Below are positions 13,601 to 26,699 of a stretch of 64,000 bases of DNA, one piece after another. Source of the stretch: Amphiscolops sp. MND2022 (taxonomy: Eukaryota); assembly GCA_964187785.1 (NCBI GenBank), contig OZ076413.1, positions 44,332,001 through 44,396,000 of the forward strand. Reading direction: 5' to 3'. Each line of letters begins with the position of its first letter. Positions within the stretch are counted from its first letter, which is position 1. The position numbers and the translations under genes were made by a program. The notes under the pieces were generated by a model that was not told where the DNA came from, made no database searches, and was given only the letters and a program-made list of their open reading frames with translations.

Positions 13601-16600
13601 TCCCACCATTCTTCCCGTTCTGTTTTAGGGGCTGTATCTGCCGAATCCCAGAAAGGTGGCAACCCCGATACAGCTGATGATCCCGCGGATGTTGTTGTTT
13701 CCCCGCCAGTTGACGAATCTCGCAGCGCCATGTTAAAGGGCTCGATAATCACTAACTATGGCTGAATGATAATGTGAAAACAATGATGTAGATTATCTTG
13801 AATTCATGCAACTGTTAATTTTATTAGACCGTGTGGCAAATGATCTTTTGCTGAATTCACTTTTCAATGGTTGTGTTTACTAACAACCAGTTAACAACTG
13901 CGGTTGAGTTAGGCTAGAGCATGCGCTCTACCACAAGACGTTACCGTCTTGTTGTTATTAAACTTACGATGTTTATTTGGTTAAAATGTTTAAAGGAACT
14001 AAGAAAAGTTTAAAAAATCATCACTTCCATCAAATGTTTTTTACATCTCAACAAAATCCAATGTTGAATGTTTCTGTAGGTCTGAAGATTCATAGAGTTG
14101 GAAAGTGAAAGTATCAACTATTTAGCAATTTTTCGGATTTGAGAAATTGTTTCCAACAAAAGTCGCATGAAAAGAACCAAAATTTGCTGTTTATCAGGAC
14201 AATGGCGTCGTTGTTGAAGCATTAGGTCTGTGTTGGTGCGGCTTCAGGTTCGAATCCTTCTGAACTCAGCATTTTTGTTTCGAAGCAGTTTTTAGCTGCT
14301 TGTTTATCGTGAAGTGAAAGAAATTGCCGGAGAAAGCGAAGTGTATAAGAAACCACAGGCAGTCAGACCTTTGTGACCTAGAGCTATTATTTTCGAAATC
14401 AAAATTTCAAGCCCACCATCGGTTGACGACATTGATTACTACGTCAAATACTAAATTTTTCCAATACGTTATTACTAAATTTTTCCAATCCTTAACCTTG
14501 CGTAATTGCGGAAATAAATTTTTTCTTCGTTCTCAACTGCCCGACTATTTTTGATATTTGGATTTTTTTGAAAAATTACCGTAACGTGACGTAGGTATGA
14601 GTTTCCACAAAGTTCAAAAGCTAACGCTGTAAAATGGACTTTCTTAAAAAAAGGGATGAGATGAATCAAAAAGTGTCAAAGTTTCAATTTCATATTTCAT
14701 TGGCTACTCTCGAGCCTCAAAAATATGTCCTTGCTAGAACAGTTCCGGCGGAAAATAGTTTTGCCGCAATTTTCAATGGTTTTTTTACCGGCCTGCATCT
14801 ATTTTATCTATGGCTCGAATGTCAAAATGTAACTCTATAAATGTTTCCTGCAGGTTTCTATCGAAATCGATTTGAACTACTTGCGTAGATTAGCGTTTGT
14901 AATTAGCGTTTACGAAGTTCGAATAGCTTCTTTCATTGAGCCCGGTGTGAAGCAGGATTTCGATTTCTTATCTCTATTAAGCTCGCGTATTGGCTATTAA
15001 AATAATTTGCGTCGAGTCACATTTCATTCATTACTGGGCATTCAAAGTGTGACCTTTCCGTGGCTTCAAATTTTGGGCTTTTTAGCACAAAATTTTGTAT
15101 GACTACCTGCTCTTGCCTATTCGTCGGTGGTTTTCAGCTAGCACTTGGTTGATGCGGACGGTGTGAAGAGCATTCTTGTCGACAGTGCCTTTCGTTTCAG
15201 TTGTTATTGATTCCGAGGGGTAAATAGCCGATTCTTCTGGAGTGACCCTCTTGTATTCGTTGCAAGAGGTGATTGATTGAGTACCTTGGCGATTCGGTCA
15301 GGGGTGTAGTCAAATTGGCGTCGTATGTTCCATAAGCTGAATAATTGAAACTCTGGAATAATCCATCCCGTTTTTTGTCAAAATTAACACATGAGAGGAT
15401 CTTATCTTTCTTCTGACTAAGTGTCAGTGATCTGGGCTGCTATTGCAGATAAAAGTTTTTGCGGGTCATTCATTCATTCGTGCTGTGGGGTCAATTCGTC
15501 TGTCAGCACTATTCCCAGTTATTGATTCTCTGAAAATTCCGTTTGTAATTTTTGAATTGAGTCGGACATTTTCGTTGTTTTCATTGTTTTGTCTCTGGCA
15601 CGAGTTGGCTTCCAAAATCCTTTGTGAATTGTGTGGTCTCGTGTAAGTGGCTTCATAGAGGTTTTTTGTGTTACGTTTTGTGGGGTCAGTTTTTGTGGAG
15701 AAATGCCTCTGTGATGTTTGTGCAGTTTTGCAATCAGGTCTTTTTGTTTCATGGCCTTATAATTGCAGTTTCTCTCGAAAGAGATCAGGTTAAACAAGAC
15801 TCCCGCTATGCACCGGGATATTTTCCGCCTTTCATTGACAGCGGAAATCAAAATTTACCTCCTCCTTGGTAAAACGCAATTTACTTCGGATATAACGTCA
15901 AAATTTGGATATATCGCAATTTTTCGAACCTCCGCTTCCTTCGTAGAAAAAACAATTAACTCCGGATATAACGTCAAAAGTTCGGATATAGCGTGCTGGC
16001 ACAAATGGGAAGGCTTGTTTTTGAACCTCTGCTTCCTCCTAAGTAATATTAAATTTGAAATGGAGTGACAAGTGGCAAATTTGGCAGAATTTGGAAACAA
16101 AACAACACATTATGATTTTCCTGCCCCTACACAATAAATTGTGGGGGCGGAAAATAAAAAAAAATCTTCCATAGGTTACGGGTCAATTTGTCTGGCCTAG
16201 AAGAAACCTTCATTGGTTGGATGTGTATTTCTCTCCGCGAGTGATTTTCATTAAATGGTTAGATGAGATCGTCCGCCTCGATTGTGTTTGTAAAGGAGAA
16301 TCGTGTGGAGAATCGTCCGTCCAATAATCAGTTAAAAGAAAGGCTACTGCCGACCAATTTTGTTAATGAGTTAATTCAACTGGTCATATCACAATTTATA
16401 ATAGAAAGGCCCGTCCCGCTCCCTCCCTATAGAAAAAAAACTTGGTTCTCTCTTGTTGGACGACCGAGACTTTTTCACATGGACACCCACTTAGTAAATC
16501 TCCATTGATAAAGAGCCATAATTATATGTGTTCCATGCACTTTTGCCATAAAGGGTGAGTGCCCTGTTAGACATGGTAGTCGACATTTGGTGTGAGCTGT

Positions 16601-18397
16601 TAAAAAGTGTTGTGGTAGTTTCTTTTAGATGTTTTATTACTGACATAAAAAGTCTAAGATTTTAACAGCAGAGTCGTCTCATCTTATACCTTGTAGCTAG
16701 CTAGTTCTGAGTACAATCTATTTCTGAGATCTCAGTCCTTGAAGTGCTGGAGGAAGACCGATCGTCAGGAAGAATTCTCAATTTCTCCGAGTAGATATAT
16801 TCTATTAACTAGGGTAGGTTTCATCAATTAACAATGTGACAGCAACAGGATGAATCGGGGAAGCTTGGTATAGGATATATTAAATGAAGTTTCTTCTAGA
16901 ATAATTAGCTTCCAAATTAGATTACATTTACTAATTACTTTGGTTAAGAGTTCAGAGTATTTCAGACTTATAGAATCTTTGAGGACATGCATCATGGCAT
17001 CACAATCAACCGGGAATTTAAAATTAAAATTACATATTTGCACTTTGGGTTTGAGGAGTTCTAAAATTTTTTTGTTATATGCATGGGTTTGTTTCATATG
17101 TGTTGTACTGGAATTGCATGAGTTTCGTTTAGTAGAGTACCATACTTAAGGAGTGAGAACAAGCTACGACGATTTGACTTCTTACGTCATAGACGATTCA
17201 ATTGGTGCAAAAAGGTTCAAGCAAGGTTCAAGTTCTTTCAGTTTTTTTGACTGACAGTTTTTCATGAAGTTATTGTTGACAACTATTTATTATTTCATGT
17301 TTCTTTTTCGTATCGGCCATCGGCTTGTTTGAAAAATTTTTTCATCAACATGAGTTAGTCAGCATTGAAAACTTTTCAAGTTGAAGAATTAAAGCGTGAA
17401 GTTGTCAATGAGTTGTGAACCAACATTGGCGGGTATGTGAACCAAAAGTGAAGAAGTTTCGAAAAATCAAGGTTCTAGTGAGAGTTCATTTTCAACTAAG
17501 GTGAAGAGTAGAGCAGAAGCAAAAGTTGAAGAAAACTTTGGCAATTGCATGTTTCAAACATTGGAAAACAAGAAGTTACAGTTTGGAAAAGTTCAAAAGA
17601 AGAATTTTGAAAACTTTTGGAAATGCTTTTGGGAAGTAAAACAAAGGTGAACAACATGTTTTGTAAAAAAAATTTTTGTCTAAAAATCTTAGAAAATTTC
17701 TTGTACTGTAGGTAGGACTTGTGTTCTGTAAAAGAGGTGGATTATAGAATTGTTAAATAGATGTATTATGCACATGACAATGGGGATATAATTTGGGAAG
17801 ATATATTTTGTGGTTACAAAGAAAATTATAGATACAATTTTGTAAGGATTTTGCAACAGAGGGATATTTATAATACGATTATAGAAGATTAGATAAGAGT
17901 ATATAGCACAGAGTATATAGCATTACACAGTATTGAAGTTATAATTGGATTAAAATAGGTTACAATAAGCTACAAGTTATATTTGTTAAAAGTGACTGTA
18001 TAGTTCAGTTTGAAAATTGACTCAATTTTGGATTACAATGTTTGAAATTTGGAGTATAGTCCATTGGAGTGTGAAGACCAGTCAAGAAGTCAGCGGACAT
18101 TGAAGTGTGAAGACCAGTCAAGAAGTCGACGAACATTGGAGTGTGAAGACCAGTGAACAAGCAGGTTGAGAAGACCAGTGACGAGGACAAAAGTTGGCAA
18201 CGTCTGTGAACCCAGAGTGTGGATGGATGATCTTGACCATCGTGTGTGGGTGGAGTGAAGAATGTCAGCATGTGTAGGAGAAGTTCTTTGGAAGAGTGAT
18301 CAGCAACCACATTCCAGTGCATCATCGAAGGAAGATGAAGAATTGAAGGCGAAATGCAGTTGAAGAGTGAAATAGAAGTAAGTAGAAGTTTTGTAGA

Positions 18398-18849
18398 TTA
18401 TTGAAACAGAGAATTTTGCGATGGAGGATGAGTCTATTGTTGGAGCGGGTCATAGAGTTCTAGTTTTTGGGTATACCCGAAATCTTTAAGCATAATATTA
18501 AAAGCGTCAGTGGCTTCTTGAAGAGCAGTACGGAAGTATTGATCCTTTGAAGTGAAGGAGGAATTTAAGACGAAAACAACATTGGATGCCGTTTCGCAAA
18601 TTGCAATTTTGGGTCCTTCAAGGTGGATGCGCGAGTATTGCTCAAATGTAATTTTTTCTTCTTTATTTGTGTGACATTGTAGAGGACCTTTAAAAAAGCA
18701 ATGAGACATTTCGGAGTAGTTTTGTTTTTGTTTATTTCGAGCGAGAGTTTAAATGCCATGGTGTGGAATATGGCGGCTTTGAGGCTGTGCACTTTCGAGA
18801 AATCTGAGGTCATGGTAATAATGTCGTCTGTTTCAGCATTTGGAGCCAT
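18398..18849 (-). pseudogene. Accessory ORF (~150 aa) of the giant element, copy A
   Basis: MAPNAE...ITFEQYSRIHL.GPKIAICETASN is conserved with 53631-54084, with many third-position differences. One frameshift and one premature stop. Confidence 0.7.
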
Positions 18850-20031
18850 GATGACGAGGGTTGGAAGATCGTGAAGAGAGAGAAGTGGAAATGTTTTGAA
18901 AGAATGTGGATGGAGGAGGCAGAAGAATAGATGTTTCTAAAACAAAGGAAGTGTAAGAAGAATGACAATATCAAGTCAAACATGTACAACAAAATTGGGT
19001 GCTAGAATGTATCATATTTAGTTTTTTGTGCTATACTGTCTTCTATGTCTTGTATCGTAGTTTTTTGATAGAAGTAGTTATCTTCTTTTGACATGTACTA
19101 TAGGAAAGAATTTTGTACTTGAAAGATAGTCCTGAGATTTCATTCAAAAGCAAGATTTTACTTTGAATAAGTAGGTAAAAATTAAAATACCTTTGATAGT
19201 GTGCCAAAGATGTATCATAGAATGTACCAGAGAAGAAAAATTAAGAACTTTGTTTTACCTGTAGAAGAATTTAATGAAGATTAGTTGAGTTAAAAAGAGT
19301 AGTTATAGTTTCCAAAGCAGATTGAATTGCTTGGGATGATTGAGTGATGCGTTGAGAGTCTAAATCGAGTGTCTGAAGGAGTTTGTGTGTTCTGTCGTAG
19401 CAGTGTAGTATATGTGTGAGTGTTGTGATAGGTGTTTCAGAGGAGTTTCGTTTATAGGGTTCAAGTAAATTTGTCATGTCGCGAAGTGTTCGGTTATTCA
19501 AGACAGAGGAAAGCTTGTCAGGAGCGTTTTTTATAGGTGAAGCGTGTGATTTATGTTCAGTTTTTTGTTCAGCTTGTACCATGAAAGAAATAGTTTTGGC
19601 AGAAATAAAGAGAAGTTCATTGTAGGAATACGTTTGCTTGTAGAGTGCTGTATAGTAAGTTCTATCTTTATCGTCAAGTGGAGAAGATACTAGGTGTTTA
19701 GTGACAGTGAGAGGTTTGACAATTTGAGTAGGATTGTTGCAAGGCAACAAAAAGTCATCGTAATGTATGAGATATTCTTGAGGTACAATAAGTGGACGTG
19801 AAGTATTATTATATGGAAGCAAACAGAAGTATTGCTTTATAGGGTCGTAGTTTCGAAGGTAGCCTGTTATACAAGAGTGGTCAAGAGTGTACATATTTGT
19901 CATTGTATTTGTCCATATCATCCGATGGAAGATAGTTTTCTGTGTCAGAGGGTGTTATGGGTATTGAAAAAGTGAAGTGAAATAAGTGTGAATAGAGTAT
20001 CAAAATTGTTATATATGAGGTTGTAAGGAGT

Positions 20032-21280
20032 TCAAAAAGAGGTAGTGTATTTAAGTCCTGAGTACGGGTTACAGAATATGATTTTGCCATATGTGATAGT
20101 AGGTATATTGAGGTTTCGTTCAAAATCAATGTGTATTACTTCAAAAGGAGCAGGAGAAGTTTTATGTTCTATCTTTGAGACGTGAAATATTGGGTGTGGA
20201 TTTAAACCTTGAAATTTGACTTTGACTTCAAATTTGAGTTCTAAATTCGGTGTCTGTAGGCGTTTTAGTTCTGTTTCTTTTCGTTTGTCAGATAAGAGAT
20301 CGTTGTTCGTAATAAAACGTTCTGCAAGGATAGGAAATCTAGGATCGTGCTGTGGGTAGTAGATGGTTATACCATCGACTCTAAGTGGATAGTCAGCAAA
20401 ATTCGGAGTTGGAGGTCTAGATTGATCTGCAGTATAATATTCAGGTATTCTAATATGTGCAGGAACAGGAATAGGTATTATAACTTCTGAAAAAAAATTT
20501 CCGGAAAGGAATGCAGTTTGAGCGTCTGATGAAAGTAAAGAAGCGGTTTCAAAACCAGATGTAAAATATGGAGAAGGTATAAAGTCAGAAGAATTTGTTT
20601 CAGAAGACAACGGTTGTGCGTGTTGTCGTAGAAGTCTTAAAGTAGAGTTACTAGAGAGAGCAGATAGGTTAAGTGTAGAAGTTTCTGTACTGAGTCTTCG
20701 TGAGGGAAGATCACGAAGATTATATCTATGGTGTGGTACAAAAAGTGAGCCTGTTGTATCTTGTGACGGAGTGTATTCTGATGTATTGTCTAAAAGATTT
20801 GATAGTGATGTAGAAGGTTTTCGAAAAGGTTTTAATGGTGGATAGAGTTTTGAAGAAGTAGTACTAAGTCCTGATGGTAGTTTTAGTGAAGGTAATTTTG
20901 TATATTCAGGATAAGGGATTTGTACAAGATTAAGCTGAGGTTGTAGTCTAACAGTTTTGATAGCTGTAGGATGTTTGTAATTTACGTATTGTTCAACACT
21001 TTCAGGGTTTGTAATGTGTACAATAGGAGTGTTAATAGGGGTTTGTTGAGTACGAGTGTTTATAGGTATTTCAGTTATAGGTGGTCTATGAAGGAGTGAT
21101 GAAGAGGTTGTTTCAGAAACGTATGATCTTGTCTTTTAGAAGGAGTAGTAGGAGTTACATTACTAGAGTTTGTAGTGTTTGATACTGAAGATTCAGGAGT
21201 AGGAGGAATACTTGGAGCTGATGGAGATATATCAGAGGAAGAATCCAGGATTTTTGAAATGTTTTCAACAGGTTATCTTT
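20032..21280 (-). pseudogene. Post-pol ORF (Ser/Thr/Pro-rich N-part, globular C-part), copy A
   Basis: ORF 20032-20610 plus upstream frameshifted segments; homologous to ~58785-60015. Confidence 0.65.
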
Positions 21281-21358
21281 GAGATAACTTGTTATTGATT
21301 ATCTTTCATTCAGCTGTAGTGACTATTTTTGAGTGAGCCAACAGATAGAATGATGAGG

Positions 21359-24300
21359 TTACAGTTTTGAGGGTGTAATAAAAAGTCTATAATCTAATTT
21401 AGGTTGTTGTCGTAGTTTATAAATAGTTTTTGTGGTTCTGTCAATTAGTGGAGGAAGTGAAGTTGTTTGATTGTTAGTGGGATGTCTTGATCTGTCACTA
21501 GGGATATTAGTGTGAGGGGTGTTAATTATATGTCTATATAGTGAGTTGTCATTGGTTGAAGAAGGTAAAGACTTGTCATTGGATGTTGTAGATGGTGTAT
21601 TTTGATTGGATGTACTAAATTATGATGGTGTTACAAATGTGTGGGAAGAGTTATTCGTTGTGGATGGTGTCATGAATGTTTGAGAATCTTCGTCTGATAA
21701 GGATTCGTCAGAGTTAAAAGGGGAAGAATCACTGTTTGCATATTTGGTAGGTTGTGGGATTTGGAATTGAGCTGTGTCTGAAAAGCGCATAAAGCTACGC
21801 AAAAGCGGATATAGGAGTGGTTCTTTTGGATAATATGGAATTAAAGGATTTCTATGAACATGTACTGTAGAGCCATCTTGTGCAAGTAGTTCATATGTAA
21901 CATCTGATAATCTATCAATAATTTTGTATGGTCCAATCCGAAGGGGTTTTAGTTTGTCAGAAAAATGAACATGTGTAAAGTTGCGTTTTAAAACAAAGGT
22001 ATCAATAGGAAGGGGTTTACCTTTGTGGTAAGTTTTTGTAATGTATGCGTGTGAATTGATTTTTCGTAAAGTGTTTTCGTATACTGTAGAATAAATTTGT
22101 AACATAGCAGTTTCTACAGCGAGAAACCAATGGGGAATGGGTTTTGAAAGTGTTTTATAGAAAAATGGGTTTAAATCTGATTCATCATAAAGGGAGTGTT
22201 CTGGAAGTTGAGAGCAATAGCGTGAAATACATGTTTTGGAGGTGTCTCTGTTAAGGTTTAAATCAAACGTAAGGGGTATTCTGGGTCGGGTGTGAAAAAC
22301 AATTTCATGAGGAGAAATATTGAGTTCTGAAAATGGTTGTGAATTATGTGCATAAGCGTACATATGGACTTGGAATGCCCAATCTTTAGGTGTGTCATGT
22401 AAGAACATTCATAGATGGGTACCAAGATTTCTGTTTTGTACTTCCACAAGGCCATTTGTCCAAGGAGAGTAAGCTGTTCTAGGAGAGTGACGAATTCCCA
22501 TAAGTGTACAGAGGTGTGCCATTTCTTTATTAACATATTCTGATCCACTATCAGTGACAAAATATATAGGTGGTCCAAAGTTAATAATCCAATGGTGTAG
22601 GAGAGTTTTGATAGCAGTCTTTGCGTTGTTTGATTTGATGGGTACTGTAACAACAAAGTGACAAAAAGCGTCAATTATTACATGTATAAAGGATTTGTTG
22701 TGAGAAGGAGGATTAATAGGTCCTTTAGTGTCCATTGAAATGCGATAGTTGAAAGATGGAGCATGTTCTGAAAATGATTGTGTAGGAGCAGTTTGAATTT
22801 TCATATTAAAATGTTTGTTACGTTGACATTCAATACAGTCATGTATGAAAATGGAAAGCCATTTTTCAAGGAATGGAATGTAGTAATATTGTTTGAATGT
22901 ATTGTATGTAATTTTCATACCAGTGTGAGAGTGTTCATGGAGTTTGTTAAAAGCAGTTTTGAACATTCGAAAAGGAAAACATATGAGAATAGTGTCTTGT
23001 ACAAAATTTGGAGTAGAGGATTGGTTTATAACAGTAGGGTTTGCAATATATAGGCTAATAAGGTTTGTGGACTCGTCAATAAAAAGTTGTGAAAATCTTT
23101 TGTAATATACATGTAAAAATGGAGTACCAGTGATAAGAGGTGTTACAAATTCAGGTTTTTCATTGTTCAATAACCAAGAATAAACAGTTTCAAGAACCGG
23201 ATCTTGGGATTGTTGTTGTTGAAGAGTTTTTATGTCTAATGAGTAATCATCTGGGAGGAAGAAACCTTGAAAATAGTTTTTATATTTGAAAAATGATGTA
23301 TCATAGAAAGGTATAATTTGTTGACAGTGTGTGAGAGATGGTAAATTTGGTTGTACATTTATTGCAGAAATACATTTTTGTGAGGTAGTGTGAGTTAATT
23401 GGTTAGGAGTAGAATAATTTTCTGTTTGTAATGTTGTGTCATGTAGGAAAGAAGAGTCAGATTTTGGAATTCTGGTATATATATGATCTTCGTCATCGCT
23501 TATAACTTCGGTATCATTAAGTAAGAGAGATTGTTGATGAAGGGTTTTATTGTTCTTTTTTATAGGAGTCTTGAACTTGGTTTGAAAAGATGTGGTTTTG
23601 AAAGAGATTTGAATGAGAAAGATTGTAACGGTTTGACAACAATGTCATTTCCTTTATCATTGATACGAATAGAGAATTGATCTGTACCATAATCAGCGAG
23701 AATTGGGTGGGAGTCATGTTTTTGATGAGGTAAAATTTCTTCATGTTTAATTAAGTAATGTACAGGTTTAAGAGTGTTATCTTGTAGTAGTGCAAAATCA
23801 ATTTGTGGTGGAAGTTGTTTATGTTTTAATTGGTTTAGTTGTAATTCAGCTTTTGTGAAAGAGCGACTCAACATCTCGGCAACAGAGAGATTTTTTCCAG
23901 GAGTGTGAATTATTTTGAGTTTTGAAAATTTCGTCAATTGCATTTGAGCTCTGTAGAAACGAGGACTGAGATTACCTTTCTTTGTAAAACAATGTAATAA
24001 AGGTTTGTGATCAGTAAAAATGTGTATTGGATGGGGAGAACCTATGATAAGAAATTCATAGATTTGAAGGGCGTGTACTATACCAAGAAGTTCTCTATCA
24101 AGTGTGGAGAGTTTTTGTTCTTGTGGATTAAGTATACGAGAGTTGTACGATATAACTTTCATTTTGTTTTGTTCATTTAATTGGAATAAAAACAGCGCCT
24201 AATCCTATAAGGGAAGCGTCAACTGTAATGAAAAATGGATGTTTTGTATTTGGTATTTTAAGTTCTGTGTCAGAAGTGAGAGACATTTAGAGTTTTTGGA

Positions 24301-26430
24301 AAAGACTTTCGTGTTCGTCTGTCCATTTCCAAGGAGTGTTCTCATGTAAAAGATCATAAAATGGTTTGAGGTTAATATGTAGTTTGAGGTATTCAATACA
24401 TTTGGTGTAAAAATTGAGTTCACCAATGAAACTCATTAGGGCAACTTTGCCAGTTGGAGAAGGGATTTTATGGATAGCTGCAATTTTCGAATGGATTGGT
24501 TTAATTGTATTGTAACCAATTTCATGTCCAAGAAATTTGACTTTAAGAAGCATGGAAACGGATTTTTCAGGGGCTAGTTTAAGATTGTTTTGTGTACTAA
24601 TAATGTGTAGTTGTTCTATGAGTTGGAACATGTGTTCTTTAGAGTCAGATAAAACTAATATATCGTCAATGTAGACAAGAGCGAAACCTTGTTCTATAAG
24701 AGTTTTAAAGAAGGTAGACATTTGTTTTGTAAAGAAGTTTGAGAGTCCTTTGAGACCATAAAAGCCTCGGATGAAAGCGAAGAGTTTATCTCCGGAGGAG
24801 AAACTAGTAAGTTTTATAGTGTCTTCATCAAGAGGTGTATGTGCATAGGCATACATAAGGTCAATAGCAGATTTGTACTTTTTGTTTGCGCGTGCTAATT
24901 GTGGAGCAAGAGGTTCAATAGGCCAAGATTCATCAGATTGTTCTGAATTGGAATTAAGGTGTAGAGCGTCTAATACACATTTTATTTTATCTCCCTTGGG
25001 GATTATAATGAGAGGGTTTAAATAAGTTGTGCCATAAACGGATTTGTCTTGTGGGGAGGAACCAATTTGTTTGATAATGTTATATTTTTCGAGTTCTTTG
25101 AGAAGTACGTTAAGTTTGTCTCGGTAGTGAATAGGGACTTTGGAAGGACGTTGTGTCATAAGTTGAGCATTTGGTTTAAGTCGAATACGAAAGGGTGTTG
25201 AAATTTTCCCAACATCGTTTTTATGAGTTGCATAACATGTTTTATACTTGAGTAACATATTGCAAAGAGTAATGTATTCGGTGTCTGTGAGGTCAGAAAA
25301 TTGGAAGTTAAATTTATTAATAAATTTCAGATTTTCAGAAGTGTATGGTAGCGAAGGGAAAATGCGTTTTTCTGAAGTGTGAGAAGTAGGCTGAACGTTA
25401 TATAAAGGAGAAGTTTGATTTGGAATGTCGTCATTTGTCATATAAATTTGATGTAAAGAGAATTGAGGAGGAGCGGTTGTAGGATTATCATATTGTACAA
25501 TATAGTTGGTTTGTGGAAGTGGTTCAGTAATTTCAGGATGGTACGTATAAGTAACATTATGTATTAAAGTATTGATGTCATTAACCTGGAAGAATTTAGG
25601 TTTTTCATTAGTAATTGGAACTTCAATGTATCCAATATGTCCTGTAGGTAGTGTTGCGACATGTTTTTAGGTGTTCTGAATAATAGTTGCACAAATATCT
25701 GGTTTGTCATTTGTAAATACTTCAATAAAATTGAAATTTGTACGAAATTTGGTAGCAAAATAGGTATGAGGTACTGAAAGAAAGAAGTGGTTTTGTGGTG
25801 TAGTTGTAAAATGGAGATTATGATAATTTTTTATTGGAAAGTGTGCAATTTTTGAAGACTTGGGTTTTAGACGTATTTGAGTTTTTGAATTAATTCTATA
25901 AATGTAAGAGAAGTATGGTTAATCTTTGGATAGGAGTGTTGTGAACTTTGCATAATTTGGGTGTGTTTTTGATTGGTATTTAAATTCGAGTGTAAAGTCT
26001 TGTATGTTTATGTTTTGTATATTGTCTTCAAAGAATGGTGTGCCAAGAATGTTGTATTTGATATCAGCTACTGCGAAAGGTACTGAGAAGTAACGAGAGT
26101 CTTCATCAATAGTGGTGTTCAAAATTATATTTGCATAATGTAAAATAGGAACTTCGGTTTGGTTTGCAACGGTTAATGTTTTAGAATTTCGAGTTGGTCC
26201 AACATCAGAGGTGTGATTTGATCTGATATCTAGAAGTTTTGTAAGAGTTATGTATGTTGGGTAATTTAGTACAGAAACGGAAGCACCGCTATCTAGAAGG
26301 AATGCAATTTCCAATCTAGATGGGTTGTCTCTTTGTACTATACTTGATGGTGTATGTACATATAGTGTATAAAACCAACTTGTAGGTGTGACAGCATTTG
26401 CCATTGCTGTTTTATGATACATGTGTACTT
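21359..26430 (-). pseudogene. pol (PR-RT-RNase H-INT) of the giant element, copy A
   Basis: ORF fragments 25919-26422, 24287-25441, 23560-24162, 22409-23170 and 21620-22408 carry the canonical motifs in Gypsy order. Confidence 0.93.
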
Positions 26431-26699
26431 CAAGTTTTATAGGGTCAGATTGGTGTTGTTGTTGTATCGTATTAATTTTATTTCTGGAATTGGAGTGTGA
26501 GCGAGATCTAGATAATCTAGAGTCTCTTGGTCTTGAAGGTGGTCTATATGAATTTGTATACTTTGTGAATTTGTTTTCTCTGGAATAGGAGCGTGATTTG
26601 TATCTAGGACGAGAGTTTTGTCGATATGGGGATCTGTATGAAGATCTATAAGGAGAACGGTAAGACCGGGAATCACGTTTGTATGTATCATATCGTGAT

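Larger units (their letters stand above)
8779..13935 (-). mobile_element. Ty3/Gypsy (Mag-like) LTR retrotransposon, decayed, copy 1
   Basis: 205-bp LTRs at 8779-8983 and 13731-13935 (TG..CA), TSD AGACG at 8774-8778 and 13936-13940, PBS TGGCGCTGCGAG. Frameshifted gag (Zn knuckles), protease (IDSGS), RT (FFDDIL), RNase H (DASKEG, ELELLAV) and partial integrase. Confidence 0.95.

Noticed and set aside
15060..16150. Coding-like minus-strand stretches, GGATATAACG repeats and a hairpin at ~16115-16153
   Set aside because: Multiple stops and no recognisable homology or TSD; probably decayed repeat remnants.
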